The translations under genes and the position numbers were made by a program. The notes under the pieces are model-generated. The model was not told the DNA's origin and ran no database searches. It saw only the letters and a list, made by a program, of their open reading frames with translations. A stretch of 31,803 nucleotides of DNA, taken from the IMG/VR virus record IMGVR_UViG_3300032053_000318, positions 1 to 31,803 of that record, one strand, 5' to 3'. This document shows positions 1-10,000 of the stretch, one piece after another; positions within the stretch are counted from its first letter, which is position 1; each line of letters starts with the position of its first letter. This DNA is from a virus (lineage: Duplodnaviria; Caudoviricetes).

Positions 1-3000
1 CGCTGCTCGCCTCAGACTCGATCTCCTTGGCATACTCGCCTCGGAAGTTGGTCATGGTCTCGACACGGTAGTAGAACGTGTCGGGAGACTGAATGAAGTA
101 GTCCGCCAACAAGACCTGACCGAGAAGCCCGTTGTTGGCGTTGGGGGCAATCTGATTCGTGTACGAAGCTCGCAGGTTGATGCCCGGGGAAACCTGCCTA
201 AGCCCTGTGTAGAAGATCGAGAATTCCTCCAACGGGGCTAGAGCCGTCGTGAACACCACGCGCCCTGTGTCATCGATCTTGTAGTCCGTGGGCGAGTCCA
301 GGATAACGCCCGGTTGGCCTGTGACCCGACGGTACACAACGGTCGGCTGCGTCAGAACCGGAACCTGGCTGGTCGGGACCTCAACGGTTGGGGGCTCGAA
401 GACCGGCCGTACCGAGTAAAGCAAGATTTGCGTCCCCTGCACGTACTGACGCAAAGCGTTCGCCGACAACATGACCTTCGTACGGTCCGTGTCTGGGTCG
501 TAGCTTGCCCCCGAGACTTGCAGGAAGTCCGTGAAGGTTGACCCGCCATTTGTGAACAAAAGCACAACGCCTGTGCGGTACGAAAGGGTGCGGTCCCCCG
601 CGATCAAGAGCGTGTTGCTGCCACGGGCAATGGCCTCAAACGCCTGAGTCTCTGGCGTGAAATACGCGGGGACCAACGGGGCACTCGTGATCGGGGTGGG
701 CCCCGAGGACACGTAGAGCTTGGGATCGTTGAAGGTGTCTTGGAAAACCTGCGTACCAGCCAACGTGACCGTGGTCGTGTCAGGGGCGTAAACCGAACTG
801 CCGATCAGGTAGACCTGATCTTTCTCAATTCGGAGCAAGTACCCCGTTGGGAAACTCGCTGTGTAATCCCCACCCGTGATCGTGAACTTGTTGTTGGGGT
901 TACCGTTCTGATCCGTCTCTTGGATGTTGACGGTAGCCGTTTGGATCGGCGGATTCAGGATCGTCGTGGTCTTCTCACCACCGACAGCCTGCGTCACGTA
1001 GTAATCGATGTAGACCCGCTCACTCGGGCCAATGATCGCGCCGTGTGGAAGGGCATCGGTGATGATCGAGTCCGCCAAGAACGTGATGGTGGAGGCAACC
1101 GTGTCCACCACGCATTGGGTCCCCAGCGTCTGAGGACGTCCACCACGAAAGACAGCGGGTGGTGGGTTTGAAGCCACGGGAAGAACAGGTCGGCCCGGGC
1201 TAGCCACGTTAAAGGTCAACGTCGAAGTTGGGGTTGGGTGGGCTTGCGTGATCTCCTTTCGGATCAGAAACCGAGCATACTCGGTGACCGGGGGACCGGC
1301 TGGCGTCGGAGGATCCGTAGAGGGCGGCTGGGTCGTGTACGTGATCAGGACTTCTTCCTGAGTCAGCATTCGGTCCGTGAACTGGATCAACCCCAACCCG
1401 GGGGACATGATGTAGTCCACGTCGGGAACCAAGGTTTTGGCCCAGTACACGGTGGTCCCGAGGTCAGCGGCTGCGAAGTTTAGGTCGCCGGAAGCCGCAC
1501 TCACCTGCACGGTACCCGTCGGGGGTGCCGTGAAAGCGCCGTTGTTGGGCACCACCACAACCGTAGCGAACTGCCCACCCGACGCCGGACCAAGGCGGAA
1601 CCCCGAGCTGTTCACATAGGCGATCGGAATGTTGAGACGCGGGCCATTCGAGGCAGGCCCCAGCCCCCTGATACGCTCGACCTTGGTGGAAGGGTCTACC
1701 AACTGCACTTCATCGAAGTAACGGTCCGCGAGCACTTCCCGGTTGACCCGCACGCTGTACTGGGCACCCATGACGGGCGAGGGCGAGGGCACATCCGTAG
1801 TAAGGGCTGTGGCTGACACTACGGTTTGGACCGTGTAGACCCCCTTGGCAGCAGTGGTATCGATCTCGATCAGGTACCCAGGCTGCACCCCTGCTGCGAT
1901 GAAGTCCGCCGTGAGGTCAGAGAAAGCTGTGCCCGAGAAAGAGGCGGAGGTTCCTTGCGCAACGATCTGCCCGGCATTTGTTGTGAGGGACACAACGCCC
2001 GAGGTCGAATCGAACAAGGCATCGGTACCCAGGACAAGCGGGTTGTAGATCCCTGTGCCGGGTCCCGTCTCAAGCTCAAGCAAGAGGTTGCCCTGTAGCA
2101 CCAGAGGGTCAGGCAGCATTACGTCAGATGTGCGCTGTGTGATCGGGACGATCGTCAGGTTCTTGCGTTGCGCGTAGAACAGGGTTCCGGCATCGAAGTC
2201 GATGTAATACCCAAGGTTGCTCGCCGGGTAGATGCTGTAGGTGGCCCCCACGACAGCCGAAGGTGCCGGAGGGTTAGTTGTCAAGGTCGTTGGGGTGACG
2301 GTGACAACTGTGTAGAGCCCTTTGGCCACAGTCGTGTGAATTTGCAACAGAGATCCAGTGGTGACGCCAGCCGTGCTAAAGCTAGCCAACGGATCCGTGA
2401 GAGTCGGACCTGTAAACGTCGTACTCGTGCCCGCCACAACCAAAGACAGGTCCGGGAAGTCGTTGCTGGTGAACGTCCCCTGCCCCTGAAACACCTGGAC
2501 CTTCAACTGGTACCCGGCATCCTGAATGGGCGTCGAAGGCAAGAAGACTTGCGGGGACCCAATGATAGGGTCGGCCCAAGTGGCCCCCTTGACCTCGTAG
2601 ATGGCTGTCACATCCTTGAGGGCTTGGCTGCCATCAAGGTTCACCGGGGTCCGCAGTAGACGCACCGAAATACCACGCTCGATCGGCAGATCCCCGAACA
2701 CCACAGTAACATCCTCAGGTGCATAGGTGCTCTGGTCAGAAGCCGAGAACTGCACGACACCCGTCAAGGGGTCCACCTGGACCTCACCCACCTTTCCGGA
2801 CGGCGAAAACGAAGCGCTGGGCAGATACTTGAATCGAGGGAATTGGTAGTACGTGGAGGCTGCGGGTAACGAGAAGATCAGGTCCACGCCCACAGGGGGC
2901 AGACCCACGATAGCCGCCGGGGTCGCGATGTCCCCCAACACTTGACGAGGCAACTGTAGGCCGGTCGCGAACAGCACGCCATCGTAGTAGACCGGGGTAC

Positions 3001-3859
3001 CCGCATAGGTGGCTGCGTCCCCTGCATTGAACGCCAGACGGCCAGTAGCCAGCGACCACTTCACGAAGCCCGAAGCCGGTGCCGGAACCAAACCAGCGTC
3101 GTTGGGGACCTCGATGGTCTGGAGGTAGAACCCAAAACCAAAGCGAAGCAACGGGAACTGCCCCGTGCCAGGCTTGGGGTTCAGCAAGATGAGCGGGTCC
3201 GTCAGGCTGACGGGGGCATACCCGACGTTCCCCGTGGACTCCTGGAAGTCGAAGAACTGCTGCTGCTGGAACCGAACCAACTGCCCCGCGTAGGTGGTCA
3301 AGTCAGCCGCGTGCCAGTTCAGGTTGCCCGTCTCTAGAGACAGTTCAGCGGTCAAGGAGGGCGGGGACCCGAAGTCCACATCGAGGGCCACGATCGTAAC
3401 TGCCCAGGCCACACCGGAGCCCGTAGCGCCCACAGAGAGGCGATACGGGGCGGCGGGAACTACGGCAGCCTGGACAGGGGCCCGGACCTTCAAGCGAGCT
3501 GTGTTGGAATTCGCCGCAAGGTTACCCACGACCGTGATGGCGGCCCCTGGCAGAGGCTTGAACCGCCCTGACCGGGCCGCGTAATCGAACCGCTGCACGA
3601 TCTCATTTTTAACCCATCCGAACTCGGCCCCGTACAGGGCCCCTGGGTATGGCGGGGGCGTCCCAGGGATCAGCGGCGGCTCACCCTCAGAGGTGACCAG
3701 CACGAGGTAGTCAGTCCGAGGGTTCGCCTCACTCGACGGGTAGGCCGCGTCAAACGCAACCTGATTTGAGATCAGGTTATCGGGTGTCTGCGTGAAGGGC
3801 GAGTTTGCCTGCCCCACGCGAATGGGCTCAAGAACATAACCTGAAATCTCGAAAGCCAT
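1..3859 (-). CDS. Large virion structural protein (baseplate wedge / tail-associated), >1280 aa, 3' end outside the window
   Basis: Missing from the ORF track because it runs off the edge. ATG at 3859 (MAFEISGYVLEPIRVGQANSPFTQTPDNL...), 2 nt after the stop of the 192-aa gene. The same frame was open at the points checked (~2760, ~2400, ~1900, 1-60: ...MTNFRGEYAKEIESEASS). It is Thr/Val/Gly/Pro-rich with recurring motifs such as VQVDPLTGVVQF and DYKIDDTGRVVF, and lies downstream of hub and spike. Confidence 0.8.
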   Translation of the reverse strand, partial: MAFEISGYVLEPIRVGQANSPFTQTPDNLISNQVAFDAAYPSSEANPRTDYLVLVTSEGEPPLIPGTPPPYPGALYGAEFGWVKNEIVQRFDYAARSGRFKPLPGAAITVVGNLAANSNTARLKVRAPVQAAVVPAAPYRLSVGATGSGVAWAVTIVALDVDFGSPPSLTAELSLETGNLNWHAADLTTYAGQLVRFQQQQFFDFQESTGNVGYAPVSLTDPLILLNPKPGTGQFPLLRFGFGFYLQTIEVPNDAGLVPAPASGFVKWSLATGRLAFNAGDAATYAGTPVYYDGVLFATGLQLPRQVLGDIATPAAIVGLPPVGVDLIFSLPAASTYYQFPRFKYLPSASFSPSGKVGEVQVDPLTGVVQFSASDQSTYAPEDVTVVFGDLPIERGISVRLLRTPVNLDGSQALKDVTAIYEVKGATWADPIIGSPQVFLPSTPIQDAGYQLKVQVFQGQGTFTSNDFPDLSLVVAGTSTTFTGPTLTDPLASFSTAGVTTGSLLQIHTTVAKGLYTVVTVTPTTLTTNPPAPSAVVGATYSIYPASNLGYYIDFDAGTLFYAQRKNLTIVPITQRTSDVMLPDPLVLQGNLLLELETGPGTGIYNPLVLGTDALFDSTSGVVSLTTNAGQIVAQGTSASFSGTAFSDLTADFIAAGVQPGYLIEIDTTAAKGVYTVQTVVSATALTTDVPSPSPVMGAQYSVRVNREVLADRYFDEVQLVDPSTKVERIRGLGPASNGPRLNIPIAYVNSSGFRLGPASGGQFATVVVVPNNGAFTAPPTGTVQVSAASGDLNFAAADLGTTVYWAKTLVPDVDYIMSPGLGLIQFTDRMLTQEEVLITYTTQPPSTDPPTPAGPPVTEYARFLIRKEITQAHPTPTSTLTFNVASPGRPVLPVASNPPPAVFRGGRPQTLGTQCVVDTVASTITFLADSIITDALPHGAIIGPSERVYIDYYVTQAVGGEKTTTILNPPIQTATVNIQETDQNGNPNNKFTITGGDYTASFPTGYLLRIEKDQVYLIGSSVYAPDTTTVTLAGTQVFQDTFNDPKLYVSSGPTPITSAPLVPAYFTPETQAFEAIARGSNTLLIAGDRTLSYRTGVVLLFTNGGSTFTDFLQVSGASYDPDTDRTKVMLSANALRQYVQGTQILLYSVRPVFEPPTVEVPTSQVPVLTQPTVVYRRVTGQPGVILDSPTDYKIDDTGRVVFTTALAPLEEFSIFYTGLRQVSPGINLRASYTNQIAPNANNGLLGQVLLADYFIQSPDTFYYRVETMTNFRGEYAKEIESEASS

Positions 3860-3861
3860 CT

Positions 3862-4440
3862 TTAGATCACCGACCCGAAGCCGACGCCTGCACCACCAAC
3901 CGGAGAACCCGTACCAACGATCGGGACAGGCTCGAAGAAGCCCGCGAACGTGATGTCCAGCCCGATCCCGATCGCCGTAGCGGTCTTGATCGGCCCATCA
4001 CCAATCATTCCCATTGAAGCAAACCCCGCGATCATCGCAGGGACTGCCGTGGGGCCCACGATCCTCGCCACCCCGGCCCCAACACCGATCCCCGGGTGGT
4101 TGGTCTGCAAGAGTGCCAAGGCGGTCCAGCCGGTGATGAGCCCATTCGTGAGCCCCGTGATCAGCAAGGGGGCCATGGGACCCAAGATCCCCATGGACGA
4201 GAAGCCAGCGTAAAGACCGCCTTGAAGCAGCGGTGGGAGCACGAGCAACGGCATGATTGAGGTCCCTACACCAAGAACCCCAGCGTCCACCGTCACAACC
4301 TTGGCTTGGACCGTAAGGTACTGGCACACCCCAACCGCAACACCCATTGCGAATTTGGGCATACCCATCCCGATGTTCCCTGTAGAAAGCAGGTTCGGAG
4401 CGAGGAACGCTGCCGCAAGTGCTGGCGGGTTCAAGGGCAC
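3862..4440 (-). CDS. Gly-rich hydrophobic protein with three internal repeats; candidate spike-tip or baseplate protein
   Basis: 192-aa ORF with a GTG start overlapping the upstream stop by 1 nt. It has very few charged residues and three ~62-aa repeats. Function is inferred from position only. Confidence 0.65.
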   Translation of the reverse strand: MPLNPPALAAAFLAPNLLSTGNIGMGMPKFAMGVAVGVCQYLTVQAKVVTVDAGVLGVGTSIMPLLVLPPLLQGGLYAGFSSMGILGPMAPLLITGLTNGLITGWTALALLQTNHPGIGVGAGVARIVGPTAVPAMIAGFASMGMIGDGPIKTATAIGIGLDITFAGFFEPVPIVGTGSPVGGAGVGFGSVI

Positions 4441-4931
4441 TACCTGCGCTCCAAATAGGCCGCAAGACGCAGGAAAATTTGTGGGTCTGTGCAGTTCTGT
4501 TTGATGGTGTTAGCAAGGTGGCTGATCACCGCGACGTTACCAGGCACATAGCCTTTGGCAGGATCGATCTTGTCCAGCGTCATCGACTGCTGTCCGACCT
4601 TACCCACGCCACGCTTGAACGGAACCCGTGTAATAGGGCAGAGACCGTCCACCGGGATCAAGCAACGAATGTCCTCTGCCGTGATCGTGAACGGCAGGCC
4701 CTCTTTTCGAGCACGCTGCTTAGCACATTTGAACAGCAAAATTTCGGGATTCTCGATGTAGTAGTTTCGTTCTTTCGATCGAACCAGCGTCAGATTCGTA
4801 CGCCTGTACGCTTTCGAGTCCGCTCGGAACTTCTCTGCGTGCTTATCGTAATAAGCCTTGTTATAAACCCGACGACTTGAACGATGGGCTTCAAGTTGCT
4901 CAGGGGTTAGAGTCTCGACTTTGGCTGTCAT
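4440..4931 (-). CDS. Free-standing HNH/His-Me-like endonuclease (probable homing endonuclease)
   Basis: Basic helical N-terminus followed by CPIT...SMTLDKIDPAKGYVPGNVAVISHLANTIK, matching the phage 'LDRID..KGY..GNV..IS..AN..K' beta-beta-alpha nuclease pattern. It overlaps both neighbouring genes. Confidence 0.75.
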   Translation of the reverse strand: MTAKVETLTPEQLEAHRSSRRVYNKAYYDKHAEKFRADSKAYRRTNLTLVRSKERNYYIENPEILLFKCAKQRARKEGLPFTITAEDIRCLIPVDGLCPITRVPFKRGVGKVGQQSMTLDKIDPAKGYVPGNVAVISHLANTIKQNCTDPQIFLRLAAYLERR

Positions 4932-7081
4932 AGGGCGGACCTAAACAAAGCAGATCCAGCCAAGGGCAGGCCGGTTATCCAATCCAGGCTAGGGGTACCA
5001 GGAGGCATCATCGGAGCCCCACGGCACACCCCAAGAGGGGCCGCAGCGGTCCCGATCAGCACCTGAGCGCTAGTGAGGGTAATGGCGGTGGGTGCCGTCA
5101 GGTTCATCGCGAGGCCCGCTGTGAGCGCCATCGCAAGACCTGCCGTAACCGACACCGCCCCGGCTGCCGCTGACAGGGATAGCGCTCCCGCTGCCGTAGC
5201 GAGACTGATGGCACCCGAGCCCACGGTTACCGAGTAGGCACCCGCCGGAATGTTGGTGGTCATGGCACCACCCAGCACGTTGATTGTGCGAGCACCCACC
5301 ACCAAGTTCTCAGTGAGACCACCTGCAAGAATCGTAGATATCTTGCCACCGAGCACGATGGTTTCCAGAACCGCCAGAGCGTACTGGTATTGACTCTTGC
5401 CTGAGCTGAGCACGTCGATGCCCCCGGCATTCAAGCCAAAGCCCGATTGAGCGTTGACAGAAAACCTGTCTGCCAGAATTTTGTACCCACCGTTAACCGT
5501 AGTAGCCTTACCGCCATCCACACGCTGGATATTATCCCCAGAAGAGTACGTTTGTTTGTTCCCCTGTAGGCTCTCGCTGTACGCCACATTATTGTTATCG
5601 GGGACCCCTTGAGCCTCAACCACGTAGGACGAGTGGGTGCGAAAGGTCAGACCCGCACCTGAAGAACCGCCTCGGAAATCGAACACAACGCTGCCTTCCG
5701 AGGTCAGGTGAAGGGCCACCCCATTAGGACTAGCCGCCCCAAGACGCATCTTGAGGGCACCCGCCATATTGATCTCAGCCGAAACGTTCTTGACGCCGGA
5801 TGCGTATTTCTCAACCCTTGACCCAGGGATGTTGACGAACAGCTTGCCTTGCTTTGAAACCGCCACAGCAAAAGCATTCAAGTTGTCGGAAACACCAGGG
5901 GGCTTCGGGGGCGGGTTAATCCTGAATAGGTACGCACCTGAGGTTGTGAACGCTTCGTCGTCATCCATTGGAGATCGAGCAATCGTCTCCAGGCTAAAAG
6001 TGCCAGGACTGGTCGCCAAGAAGTCGTCGAAAATCTTTGGCCGCAGTAGTTGCCCATACTGCTTAAGACCCGTATCCGAGGACGTGTCATTCCCGACGAG
6101 CGTGCCAAGGATACGCTCGATGTAGATCGGTTTACGATCCATTTGAAAACCGTCGATTTCCTCACGGACTTCTTGAACCAAGTCCGTAGAGTGCAGCATC
6201 TCCAAGCGTTCTTCGGTAAAAGCATCCGCCCCGGCATTCTCAGTGGGGTGCTCGAAGTCAATCCCAGGACTCGTTACGGGGTAGTGTGCCCGTCGTCCGT
6301 TTGAAAAGGTTACGGGTGGGAAGCGAGCTTCGTCATTGAACGTATTAAACAACACGTCGGTACTGACCGTGTAGCGTTTCAAGATAGTGTTGCCGAAATA
6401 CCGTTCCGATGAATCCTTGAGCGTCTTCCCCTCTTTGATGATGTCCGGAGGTAAGAACAAGCCACCGCGCCGAACGGGGCCCGAGGATCTGAACACACCC
6501 GCTTCACTCGCTACCCGGTGAATTGCCTGTGAGACAAGCGTGCGGTCAGAATCGCGAAGCTCAAAAAGATCCCCCGCTCGATTGGCCATCCGTACATCAC
6601 GAGTCAACGTGAACTCAGAACCAGACGCGGACATACCGCCCACGTCTCCTGGCTCTAGGTTCAGACTCTTGTACCTGATCTGCGGGGAAAACACCTTGTT
6701 GAACAGGGACTGCTCATCCGGGGTCACCTGCGACTGGTCGGTCGAGGAAAAAGGGTCGAAGCGCATGCCTGAGCGCTTGCCCACAGGCAGGTACCCAAGG
6801 ATCATAGCCTCATGAAGCTGCTTGTGTTTCCGTCGATAGCCTAAGATGACCATCGAGTTAACTTCGGGTACACCACCCCAAAAACTACGCGGTCCAGTCA
6901 TCCCCTGGGTGAGATCGATCTCAAAGCGCTCACCGCCGCCAGTAACGATGGTCACGTCAGCCTTCAACTCAAGGGGATCAACCCGAGTAAGGACCCCGAG
7001 CTTCATCCCAAAGGGCTCGTGATCTATGAATTCCTTACCTGGTACGTAACCAGACGGGTGCTTTGGTCTATAGTCTGACAT
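4928..7081 (-). CDS. Baseplate central spike protein (gp5/gpV/VgrG C-terminal-like)
   Basis: N-terminal OB-fold-like segment (GVLTRVDP...ADV...GGVPEVNSMVILGY) and C-terminal ~8-9-residue Gly/Ala/Thr/Val beta-repeats (GAISLATAAGALSLSAAAGAVSVTAG) typical of triple beta-helix spikes. It directly follows the hub-like gene. Confidence 0.7.
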   Translation of the reverse strand: MSDYRPKHPSGYVPGKEFIDHEPFGMKLGVLTRVDPLELKADVTIVTGGGERFEIDLTQGMTGPRSFWGGVPEVNSMVILGYRRKHKQLHEAMILGYLPVGKRSGMRFDPFSSTDQSQVTPDEQSLFNKVFSPQIRYKSLNLEPGDVGGMSASGSEFTLTRDVRMANRAGDLFELRDSDRTLVSQAIHRVASEAGVFRSSGPVRRGGLFLPPDIIKEGKTLKDSSERYFGNTILKRYTVSTDVLFNTFNDEARFPPVTFSNGRRAHYPVTSPGIDFEHPTENAGADAFTEERLEMLHSTDLVQEVREEIDGFQMDRKPIYIERILGTLVGNDTSSDTGLKQYGQLLRPKIFDDFLATSPGTFSLETIARSPMDDDEAFTTSGAYLFRINPPPKPPGVSDNLNAFAVAVSKQGKLFVNIPGSRVEKYASGVKNVSAEINMAGALKMRLGAASPNGVALHLTSEGSVVFDFRGGSSGAGLTFRTHSSYVVEAQGVPDNNNVAYSESLQGNKQTYSSGDNIQRVDGGKATTVNGGYKILADRFSVNAQSGFGLNAGGIDVLSSGKSQYQYALAVLETIVLGGKISTILAGGLTENLVVGARTINVLGGAMTTNIPAGAYSVTVGSGAISLATAAGALSLSAAAGAVSVTAGLAMALTAGLAMNLTAPTAITLTSAQVLIGTAAAPLGVCRGAPMMPPGTPSLDWITGLPLAGSALFRSAL

Positions 7082-7084
7082 GGC

Positions 7085-10000
7085 TTAGGGGGTAGAGAGT
7101 TGGGTCTGTTTGCGCAGAACATCTTGCTGGAGTTTAGCAATCTGTTCGTTTCTAGAGTCAATCTCATCCTTAAGGTTCACACCAATCACAACAGTATGAG
7201 AAGCTTGTTGGCTCTCCAGGTAATCCACTTGGGCTGTGAGCCTAGCTATCTGTGCCTTGTCGTTGGCCAATTCCAGAGAAAGCTTGGTCTTGGTTGTGTC
7301 CTTCTTCAGGTTTTTGCTGAAATCCTCCCAACTCTTGGAAAGGTCCCTAGCGTTTGATTCCACAGCCCCCACGGCTGCCTTCACGTCGCCCAGATTGAAC
7401 CGATTCGGGGCTGAAAACGGCGGAGCAAGTTCGGAGGGTTCACTCTGTCCGTCTACTGGTTGGACCTGTGTCGGAGAGAAAAGAGCATCCAGTTTCAACC
7501 CGGACAAAAAGGCGTCCTGACTCTCAAGTGGATCCTGACCCACGGCTGAGTTCAAAGACCTAGGTAGCAGATCCCCACGGATTGCCTGCTCAAATTGTTG
7601 ATGCGGGGTATCCAACTTGCTGTAAAGGTCCACCAAGAACTTGTCCACTTTGGACACGACTTCAGACGGGTTGCCCGCCGAAGACGAAGCACCACGTTGC
7701 AATAAGTCGAGTTCATCTTCAGCTTGTTGCAACCGAGCGGACACGCTACCCGCATTCGCAGAGGTCTGACGGGCTGCTAACTCCGCTTGGAGGCGTGCTA
7801 TCTCCACTCGAACTTCTTGCAGTTGAGCCTCTAAGGGGCCGCCACTCACCTGTTGGGCATCTAGTTGGGATTGTAGGGAGGTGAACCTTTCACTAGCTGC
7901 TTGCAGCTTCAAATCCACATCTTCGGCGGCTGCTTGCTGTGCTTCAGCACCACCAGCCGTCAACTGGTCCCTCAGAATAGCAATGTTCTGCTCTAACTGC
8001 TCTTGCCGTCCCGCTTCAATTGGCCCACCGGCCACCGTGGCTTGGAAGAGGCCCGAGTTATCTGTGGTAGAGGAAGGGCCGGTAAGTGGTTGGACAGTGT
8101 ACCCGATATTCATGAAGGCCAGGTCTGCCCGCCCGGTCAAGCACACACAATCCTCGTCCCTGGTAGACAACCCGTCCTTCACGGACATCTCAGTAAGCGT
8201 CAAAGCTCTGGACAACTGTCCAGCTTCCACAGACTGAATGACACCTTTCTGCTCTTGCGATCCGAGAGGTGCTGTGTCTACGAAATTGTCACCGACATCG
8301 ACAAACTCCATTCTCTTAGTCTGAGGGTTGATCACCCCGGTAGAAGCAGTCTGTGTGTCGTCAGGAGTTAGAGTCGCAAGGGTGGCCGCCGGATCAGCAT
8401 ACCCCGTTGAGACCGTAGTGAGCCCTTGGGACTGCGCTGTCAGCGTTGCACTCAAGTCACCACTCAAGGCGAGTTGTAGACTGACGGCAGCTTTCGTAAC
8501 ATTCGGGCCGCTAACAACTAAGCGACCATCCCTCAAAGACACTCGTCTGCCGTATTGGAAGTTGCCGATTACTTCAAACCCACGTTCATCGCTCACCGGA
8601 ACGATTACGGACGTAGTTGATTGAAGAATGTCCTTGGAATCAATGACCGTGACGTTCTTTGTGGGCAGAAGAAGTAACTCGCTAATGACCCCACCGCCAG
8701 CCGACGTGTCATGGGCGTACACATACACCCCAGATGAGTTAAGACCGTACTGGTAACGATTAGTCCCCAACTTATCGATTAGCTGATCCCGCGCACCAGT
8801 GACCAACCTGTCTTGCTGAAGAGGCAGGGTTTGAGTCTGTCGTTCCACCCTTTTCTGTTGATCAGAAACCGATAGGTTAGGGTCGGGCACACTCGCAGGC
8901 TTCTGTCCCGCTTGATTGCTGATATCCGCAGGGGTGTAGGGTCTAGTGTAGACCATCACTACGTTTGGGTAACCCACGATTCGTCCGGTCTTAGGGTGCC
9001 GAAGAATGAGTGGATCGAAGGGGTTATCGACACCCGCCGCTGCCGCGTAAGAAGCTTCATCTGGAGGGAGAGTGGCCGCGCTACCCGCCTCTAACTTGAA
9101 AATCCCGCCCGTCGCAAGTTGCCTAGACGAGTAACGAAATGTCCGTTTCTCTCCCTCTTTAGACTCGTCTGGTACGTTATTGAAGGAAGTTAGCTTGATA
9201 TTCCCTATGCCTTTAGGGGCGATGAACTTGGAGCGCTTAGCCGTGAGCGTCAACTGCGTGGTGGCACGACCCCCAAACGCAATGTTGTGACTGATCCCCG
9301 TGATATACCAAATTTGATCTTTGGGGGCGATGTAGATTGGAAAACCTAACCGCAACTCCGCTCGCATTGGGATGGTTACAGTCGCTTGATTACGCGCTGA
9401 GTTGATCCTATCCAGAAGATCCAGCCCGTAGTAATACATGGCTTGAGGAGACGATAGGAACTCCGAGGTGTGGTCCTGTGATCGCCACCCGTACCTACGC
9501 AAAAGGCGGTAATCTGTGACAAACGTGCCTGGGGTTGCAGGGCCGTCAATACCAAGGTCCTGCGTACCGCCATAGGACCCCTTAAGCACAACCTGAGTCA
9601 CAACACTCGATTCCGACTCAGAAAAATCCCAGTCGATGATGTCAATGTCTTGGATCCAAGACACAGGCTTGTTGCTCAGAACATCTAGGTTGTAAAAGGG
9701 TGGTTTGAATACGATGTCGCCGGTCACATCCATGTAGAACTCGAACCCCAGAGCTTCTTTACATGTGTTGGCGATCTCTAGTTTAGTCTGGTACTCAGAC
9801 TGCCATATGTCCATGTTTCCGGCGTTAGCTGTCACGAAACGGTACGCGGCTACCTGGTCCGAGGCGGCGTCAAAGACCACCTGACCCCCGTCCACACCGC
9901 CGTTAGCGTCACGTATGATGGTGGAGACAACCGCACCCTTGTCGCCTTTGGCCCTAGAGTAGGTGTCAAATAGCGTGTCCCCGCGAACTGCAACACCTTG

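Noticed and set aside
314-3584. Many short ORFs on both strands in the ORF track
   Set aside because: They are antisense or off-frame shadows of the long minus-strand gene starting at 3859.
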